This document shows positions 58,902-64,000 of a stretch of DNA of 64,000 nt, piece by piece. The DNA comes from an uncultured Actinomycetota bacterium. Its GTDB lineage: Bacteria > Actinomycetota > Actinomycetes > Mycobacteriales > Mycobacteriaceae. Below the pieces are notes generated by a model, which was not told where the DNA came from, searched no databases, and saw only the letters and a list, made by a program, of their open reading frames with translations. The position numbers and the translations under genes are program-made. The stretch spans positions 2,657 through 66,656 of the forward strand of contig CAVQTS010000010.1 of assembly GCA_963716465.1 (NCBI GenBank), read 5' to 3'. The number at the start of each line of letters is the position of its first letter. Position 1 is the first letter of the stretch.

Positions 58902-60308
58902 TCAGTAGACGGCGAGGTATCGGTCGATCTCACTGTGCAGGCTGTAGATCATCGGTTCGAAGAGTGGCGACATGATGGTGTGCGTGATCGCGCCGGAGCG
59001 AAACCCGGCCTGCTGACGTGAGACGTTGTCCATGTCCTGGCGTAGGACGAACGGCCAGTCATCGAGAGCCAGGGGCCCTTCTGGGTGTGGCGCAGCGTTG
59101 TCCATGTCAGCCTGGCGGGGAACCTGCATGGCCAGCGCCTCGAAGATCGCCGAGTTCGGGTCGGTGCCGTTGGGGCGAACCCGGTAGAACAGCAGGTTTC
59201 CCGGCATGCCGAGGAACGCCATGTTCGGGAAGACGAATCCGTACCCGGATGCGTTGGGATCGATTGGGGGCATGGGGATGTCGGCCTCAGCGGCGTATTC
59301 GTAGAGTTCCTGGTAAAACCGCCCCAGCACCTCGTCGTCGGACAGGTTGCGTACCCGGTCGGCGATGTACTCGTCACGCGCGGTGGCGAATCCGTCGGTG
59401 CCCTCGAAGAGCACCCGGTTCTGCTCGATGATGTAGCGCGAGACGCTCATGCCCTGGATCGGTGAGGCGGGCATCGAGAAGCTGCTCGGGTCGGCGGGAT
59501 CGAAGCGGGGTGTGCTGTCGACGTGTCCCATCCCGTGGGGGTAGTACTTGATGCCGTCGACGTTGTAGTCCTCTCCGGTGGCGCCCAGCGTCAGTTCCGG
59601 GTGGGTCTGCATGACGTGGTAGGCCTCGAGGAATGCCTCCAGGGCGACTTTCCAATTGGCCGGCACGATCGTGTACTTCCACCAGCGCAACCGCATGCGG
59701 TCCATGGCAATCGGGGCCAGGTGCACATCGTAGTCGCCGAGGAACTCCTCCAGGGTGGGCGCGTCGTCGTCGAAGTTGATCCACACGAACCCGTACTTGA
59801 CCGTGCTGCGGACCTCTTTCAGTCCGATGTCGGCCGGATCCAGCGAGCCGGCGACGAAGCCGTGACGGGCGTAGATGTAAGACGGCGTTCCGTCGGTGTT
59901 GAAACGCCAGCCGTGGAACGGACACACGATCTGGCCGCCGCCGAAGCTACCGCAGCTTCCCGGTTCCACGAGTTGCGTCGCGCGGTGCGGGCACACGTTG
60001 TGTAGGACCTTGATGCTGAGGTCGGCCTGCCGCACGACGATGACGGTTCGATCGACGATGGTGTACTCGATGTAGTCGCCCGGGTGTGGAACCATTTCTT
60101 CGCGAGCTGCCCACTGCCAGGTGTGCGACCACATCTTGGAGTTCTCCAGGTCGGCGAAGCTCTGGTCGTAGTACCGCTCGACGGGCAAGTGGATGCCGTC
60201 GACCAGAGCGAAGGGAACCTGCGAGGTGTCGACGGTATGGCTCGGGACGTAGGGCGCGGCCTCCTCAGAAGCCGCCGGGGATGCCGGTGGAGTGAGTTGC
60301 GTTGTCAA
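58902..60308 (-). CDS. Rieske non-heme iron oxygenase alpha subunit
   Basis: NVCPHR and CPFHGW Rieske ligands; NWK..LEAFLEAYHVMQTHP mononuclear iron site. Confidence 0.93.
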   Translation of the reverse strand: MTTQLTPPASPAASEEAAPYVPSHTVDTSQVPFALVDGIHLPVERYYDQSFADLENSKMWSHTWQWAAREEMVPHPGDYIEYTIVDRTVIVVRQADLSIKVLHNVCPHRATQLVEPGSCGSFGGGQIVCPFHGWRFNTDGTPSYIYARHGFVAGSLDPADIGLKEVRSTVKYGFVWINFDDDAPTLEEFLGDYDVHLAPIAMDRMRLRWWKYTIVPANWKVALEAFLEAYHVMQTHPELTLGATGEDYNVDGIKYYPHGMGHVDSTPRFDPADPSSFSMPASPIQGMSVSRYIIEQNRVLFEGTDGFATARDEYIADRVRNLSDDEVLGRFYQELYEYAAEADIPMPPIDPNASGYGFVFPNMAFLGMPGNLLFYRVRPNGTDPNSAIFEALAMQVPRQADMDNAAPHPEGPLALDDWPFVLRQDMDNVSRQQAGFRSGAITHTIMSPLFEPMIYSLHSEIDRYLAVY

Positions 60309-60339
60309 AATGAACCTTTCATCGTTCTACGGTGCGTGA

Positions 60340-60570
60340 TCATTCGATCGTGGCGACGACGGCGCCGACCGGGTAGCTGGTCTCGGCCTCGCCGATGATC
60401 GAGATTCGGCCGCGAATGGGACTTTCGATCTCGGTTTCGGTCTTGTCGGTTGCTAGGGTGTAGAGCGGCTGGCCGGCCTCCACGAAATCGCCGTCGGCGC
60501 AGAGCCATTCGGTGATCTCACCTTCTTCAACGGCGACGCCGAGCTTGGGAATCCGTACTTCTTCTGCCAC
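60340..60570 (-). CDS. stand-alone lipoyl-domain protein
   Basis: 76 aa, IPKLG...ATDKTETEIESP. Confidence 0.88.
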   Translation of the reverse strand: MAEEVRIPKLGVAVEEGEITEWLCADGDFVEAGQPLYTLATDKTETEIESPIRGRISIIGEAETSYPVGAVVATIE

Positions 60571-60587
60571 GTGAATACTCCCTCAGT

Positions 60588-61583
60588 TCAGGAAATCAGC
60601 CGTTGCACGGCCGCTTCGATCCGCCCGGTCGGCAAGAAGGCCTGCTCCAGCGAGGATGCATACGGAACTGGTGTGTTTGCCCCGCCGACCCGTGCCACGG
60701 GTTGGGCCAGTTCGTTGAACAGCTCGGCATGGATCTGCGCCGAGAGTTCGGCACCGAATCCTCCGCGCGTAACCGCTTCGTGCACCACGACCGCCCGCCT
60801 GGTCTTGCTGACGGAGTTGAACACCGTCGCGGTATCGAGCGGTTGCAGGCTGCGCAGGTCGATGACCTCCAGCGAGATCCCCTCTGCAGCCATGGTTTCT
60901 GCCACCGCCAGGCAGTCGAGCACCTGGCGGCCGTAGCTGATCATTGTCAGGTCGGTGCCCTCGCGGGCGATGCGCGCCTTACCCAGCGGGACACGGTAAT
61001 CACCGGTGGGGACTTCGTCGCGGGCGGTGAAGTAGAGGCTGTTCATCTCGATGAACACGCATGGGTCGTTGTCGAAGATGCACGACAGCAATAGGCCCTT
61101 GGCATCGGCGGCGGTGCTGGGCACCACGACCTTCAGGCCGGGGGTGTGGATCAGCGCGGCTTCCAGCATGTCGGAGTGTTGGGCCCCGAAGCCGGCGCCG
61201 GCGCCGGTGGTGGTGCGCACCGTCAGCGGGACCGGTGTGACGCCGCCGGACATGTATCGAAGCTTGGCTGCGTGGTTGAACAGTTGGTCGGCGGCCACCG
61301 AGATGAAGTTCATCAGCATGATCTCGGCAACGGGGCGCATCCCGGCTATCGCCGCCCCGATCGCAGCACCCATGATCGCCTGCTCCGAGATCGGGGTGCA
61401 GCGGACCCGATCGGAGCCGTACTTGGTCTCCAGGCCCTTGTGGATCCCGAAGCCGCCGCCTTTGGGATCCTGGATGTCTTCGCCCAACTCGAACACCGAT
61501 GGGTCCATGCCCAGGGCGACATCGAGGGCGTCTCGAATCGCGTCCGTCATCATCATTGTGGGCGACACGGTGGCGGTACTCAT
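60588..61583 (-). CDS. TPP-dependent dehydrogenase E1 beta (acetoin/2-oxoacid dehydrogenase-like)
   Basis: LGEDI, TPISEQAI, EIMLMNF, GAQHS, IDLRSLQPLD. Confidence 0.9.
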   Translation of the reverse strand: MSTATVSPTMMMTDAIRDALDVALGMDPSVFELGEDIQDPKGGGFGIHKGLETKYGSDRVRCTPISEQAIMGAAIGAAIAGMRPVAEIMLMNFISVAADQLFNHAAKLRYMSGGVTPVPLTVRTTTGAGAGFGAQHSDMLEAALIHTPGLKVVVPSTAADAKGLLLSCIFDNDPCVFIEMNSLYFTARDEVPTGDYRVPLGKARIAREGTDLTMISYGRQVLDCLAVAETMAAEGISLEVIDLRSLQPLDTATVFNSVSKTRRAVVVHEAVTRGGFGAELSAQIHAELFNELAQPVARVGGANTPVPYASSLEQAFLPTGRIEAAVQRLIS

Positions 61584-62566
61584 TGAACAGTCTCCTGGGA
61601 GTAGACATCGGTAGTCAGTTCGCGCGGGTCCGGCAGCGGCTGATCGAAGGCCCAGTCGGCGGCGTCGTCGACTTCGTGGCGGGCGAGGCTCTCGATCTCA
61701 TCGAGATCGGCGGCAGCGACTCCTGATTCGATCAGGTGTGCACGGAAGCGCGGGATCGGATCGGCAGCGGTCGCGGCCTCGAACTCTTCGGTGGGGATGT
61801 ACTCGCCGGGGTCGCCGAAATAGTGCCCGCAGAACCGGTAGGTCACCGCCTCGAGAAGCGTCGGGCCTTCCCCGCGCCGGGCCCGGCCGATCGCCTCGCC
61901 AGCCAGCGCGTACAGGGCCAACGGATCATTGCCGTCGACGGTCACTCCGGGCATGGAGTAGCTCGTCGCACGATCGGCGATATTGGCGACGGTGGTGCCG
62001 TTGGCCAGCGAGGTGTACTCGGCCCATTTGTTGTTCTGGCAGACAAATACCACCGGCAACTGCCATAACGATGCCAGGTTGAGGCTCTCGTGGAAGGCGC
62101 CGATGTTGCTCGCGCCGTCACCGAAGTTCACCACGGTGACCTGGTCGGTGCCGCGCAACTTCGCGGCCAGTCCGAGCCCGTTGGCGATCGGCAACCCAGA
62201 GCCGACTACCCCGGTGGTGACCATCAGGCCGTGTTTGGGTGAGGTGACGTGCATCGGCCCACCCTTGCCACGGCAGGTACCGCTCGCCCGGCCGAGGTAC
62301 TCGGCCCACAGGACGCGCAAGGGGATGCCCTTGGCGATCTGGTCGTGGAGTCCCCGATACGTCGTCACGACGTAGTCGCTGGCGCTCAGATGGGCCGACA
62401 CCGAGGCCGCGGCGAACTCCTGACCACGCGGTGAGTAGTACATTCCGGCGAATTTTCCGCTCATCATCGACGCTCGGTACTTCTCGTCGAAAGCCAGGAT
62501 CCGGAAGGCTGTTCGGTATAGCGCCACCTGGGTGTCCAGATCGACGCTGAGTTCGCTGGTTGTCAT
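61580..62566 (-). CDS. TPP-dependent dehydrogenase E1 alpha (acetoin/2-oxoacid dehydrogenase-like)
   Basis: GQE, GKGGPMH, FGDGASNIG...QNN, TYRFCGH. Confidence 0.9.
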   Translation of the reverse strand: MTTSELSVDLDTQVALYRTAFRILAFDEKYRASMMSGKFAGMYYSPRGQEFAAASVSAHLSASDYVVTTYRGLHDQIAKGIPLRVLWAEYLGRASGTCRGKGGPMHVTSPKHGLMVTTGVVGSGLPIANGLGLAAKLRGTDQVTVVNFGDGASNIGAFHESLNLASLWQLPVVFVCQNNKWAEYTSLANGTTVANIADRATSYSMPGVTVDGNDPLALYALAGEAIGRARRGEGPTLLEAVTYRFCGHYFGDPGEYIPTEEFEAATAADPIPRFRAHLIESGVAAADLDEIESLARHEVDDAADWAFDQPLPDPRELTTDVYSQETVQ

Positions 62567-62618
62567 AGACGGCAGTTCCTCCTATCCACGCGCATGGAAT
62601 CGCCGCGGGGGTTTGAAT

Positions 62619-62637
62619 TAATCAATCGGATTGATTA
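62619..62637. promoter_or_regulatory. perfect inverted repeat TAATCAATC-G-GATTGATTA in the divergent promoter
   Basis: Seen directly between E1 alpha and the CoA ligase. Confidence 0.7.
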
Positions 62638-62726
62638 GATACACTATGACCGGCGTCACGGTGATGTCAATCCTCGAACGCCGAACACAAGCAGCGCGGA
62701 TGCGCGCGGGAAGGTGTGGTGGCTCG

Positions 62727-64000
62727 ATGCGCGAGATACCGGTGGAGTTGAGGCAGCGTTACCGCGAACACGGTTGGTGGACCGATGACACCCTCGGTGA
62801 ACTTCTGTCCCGAGGCCTGGAGCAACACTCCCGCAGTGCCTTTCGTGTGCACTCCGACACCCGGCCGTGGCAGGGGACATTCGGTGAAGTCGAGCACACC
62901 GCCCGGCGCCTTGCCACCGGGCTACACCGGCGCGGGATCGGCCCCGGCGACGTTGTGGTGTTCCAGTTGCCCAACTGGATGGAGGCGGCCGCGACGTTCT
63001 GGGCCGCGGCATTCCTGGGAGCAGTCGTTGTGCCCGTCGTGCACTTCTACGGAGACAAGGAGCTCAGCCACATCCTGCGGGCCAGCAAGGCGAAGGCGTT
63101 CATCACCGCCGAGCAGTTCGGCCGGATGCGGTTCAACCCCGACATCTGCGGCGACGTCCCGGTCGTCGGAGTGGTGGGGCGCGATTTCGAAGACTTGCTG
63201 GCCGAGACGCCATTGTCGGGCACACTTGACGCCGACCCCGGCGCGGCGGCGCTGATCGCCTTCACCTCGGGTACGACGAGCGACCCGAAGGGTGTCATCC
63301 ACAGCCACCAGACGCTGGGCTTCGAGACCCGGCAATTGGCCGCGATGTTCCCCGAAGACCGCGGAGATCAACTCACCGCCACACCGGTCGGCCACTTCAT
63401 CGGAATGCTCAGCGCATTCCTGATCCCCGTGCTCGACGGCACCCCGGTCAACCTGGCTGACACCTGGGACCCGGCACTGGCGCTGCGCCTGATGAGCACC
63501 GACGGTCTGGTCGTCGGTGGGGGGCCGCCCATCTTCGCCACCAGTCTGGTTGACCATCCCCACTTCACGCAGCACCATCTCGGACAGCTGAAGTACATGG
63601 GCCTGGGAGGCGCGTCCGTCCCCCCCACGATCAGCCGTCGACTCACGGATCTGGGTATCACCGTCTACCGCTCCTATGGCAGCACCGAACATCCCTCGAT
63701 CACCGGTTCGCACCCTAGCGCCCCAGAGGCAAAGCGGATCCTCACCGACGGAAATCCGCTGGGCGGAGTCGAAATCCGGATCGATACAGACGGCGAAATC
63801 CTCAGCCGGGGACCCGATCTGTGTCTGGGCTACACCGACGAGGCCCTGACGAAGAAGGCGTTCGACGACGAAGGCTGGTACCGCACCGGTGACATCGGCG
63901 AACTCGACGACGATGGCTATCTCACCATCACCGACCGCAAATCCGACATCATCATCCGCGGCGGGGAAAACATCAGTGCCGTCGAGGTCGAGGAGGTCCT
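62727..64000 (+). CDS. AMP-binding acyl-CoA ligase, 5' part (runs off the right edge; not in the ORF track)
   Basis: Translated by hand from the ATG at 62727: FTSGTTSDPKGVIHSH, YGSTE, WYRTGD, IIRGGENI. Confidence 0.92.
   Translation, partial: MREIPVELRQRYREHGWWTDDTLGELLSRGLEQHSRSAFRVHSDTRPWQGTFGEVEHTARRLATGLHRRGIGPGDVVVFQLPNWMEAAATFWAAAFLGAVVVPVVHFYGDKELSHILRASKAKAFITAEQFGRMRFNPDICGDVPVVGVVGRDFEDLLAETPLSGTLDADPGAAALIAFTSGTTSDPKGVIHSHQTLGFETRQLAAMFPEDRGDQLTATPVGHFIGMLSAFLIPVLDGTPVNLADTWDPALALRLMSTDGLVVGGGPPIFATSLVDHPHFTQHHLGQLKYMGLGGASVPPTISRRLTDLGITVYRSYGSTEHPSITGSHPSAPEAKRILTDGNPLGGVEIRIDTDGEILSRGPDLCLGYTDEALTKKAFDDEGWYRTGDIGELDDDGYLTITDRKSDIIIRGGENISAVEVEEV

Larger units (their letters stand above)
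42541..64000. mobile_element. second integrative, probably mobilizable, element extending beyond the window
   Basis: Begins at the att core, has an arm-like GAATAAACG at the same offset as in the first element, and carries TA, Fic, MobF relaxase and catabolic cargo. No integrase or right end is visible. Confidence 0.65.

Noticed and set aside
56889-60308. Calling the Rieske/FAD genes kshA or kstD of the cholesterol pathway
   Set aside because: Only family-level motifs are visible, no KstR-type operator was seen, and the neighbours do not match the canonical cluster.

Overview
GC-rich actinobacterial chromosome, very probably Mycobacterium/Mycolicibacterium: the gene order tRNA-His, orn, HerA-like ATPase, cmrA, MFS, MmpS-like, bkaR, accD1-accA1-fadE19-MaoC-citE-bkdABC, echA14 matches the M. 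tuberculosis Rv2511-Rv2486 region as I recall it. Core genes run from about 2.8 to 24.3 kb. Left of tRNA-His (1-2.77 kb) is the end of an accessory segment with an unexplained repeat-rich junction. Everything right of echA14 looks accessory and has three parts. (i) A five-gene ureide operon: TrtA-like cysteine hydrolase, FdrA/AllF-like, DUF1116/AllG-like, a carbamate kinase fused to an allophanate-hydrolase C-terminal domain, and a urea channel. This is my best candidate for an undescribed system, a possible ATP-yielding triuret/biuret phosphorolysis route. Small secreted and regulatory genes follow it. (ii) A 6.1-kb capsid-less PICI-like element (int, repressor, xis, primase-polymerase, helicase-like protein, putative ori, toxin-antitoxin pair) between exact 39-bp repeats of a tRNA 3' half. 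(iii) A second element stacked at the same att site and running off the right edge. It carries relBE, Fic, a candidate oriT, a MobF relaxase with an internal repeat array, and a large oxidative catabolic cargo. Three genes, including orn, carry single-base insertions in short homopolymers that look like assembly errors. All protein calls come from motif recognition by eye; no database search was run.
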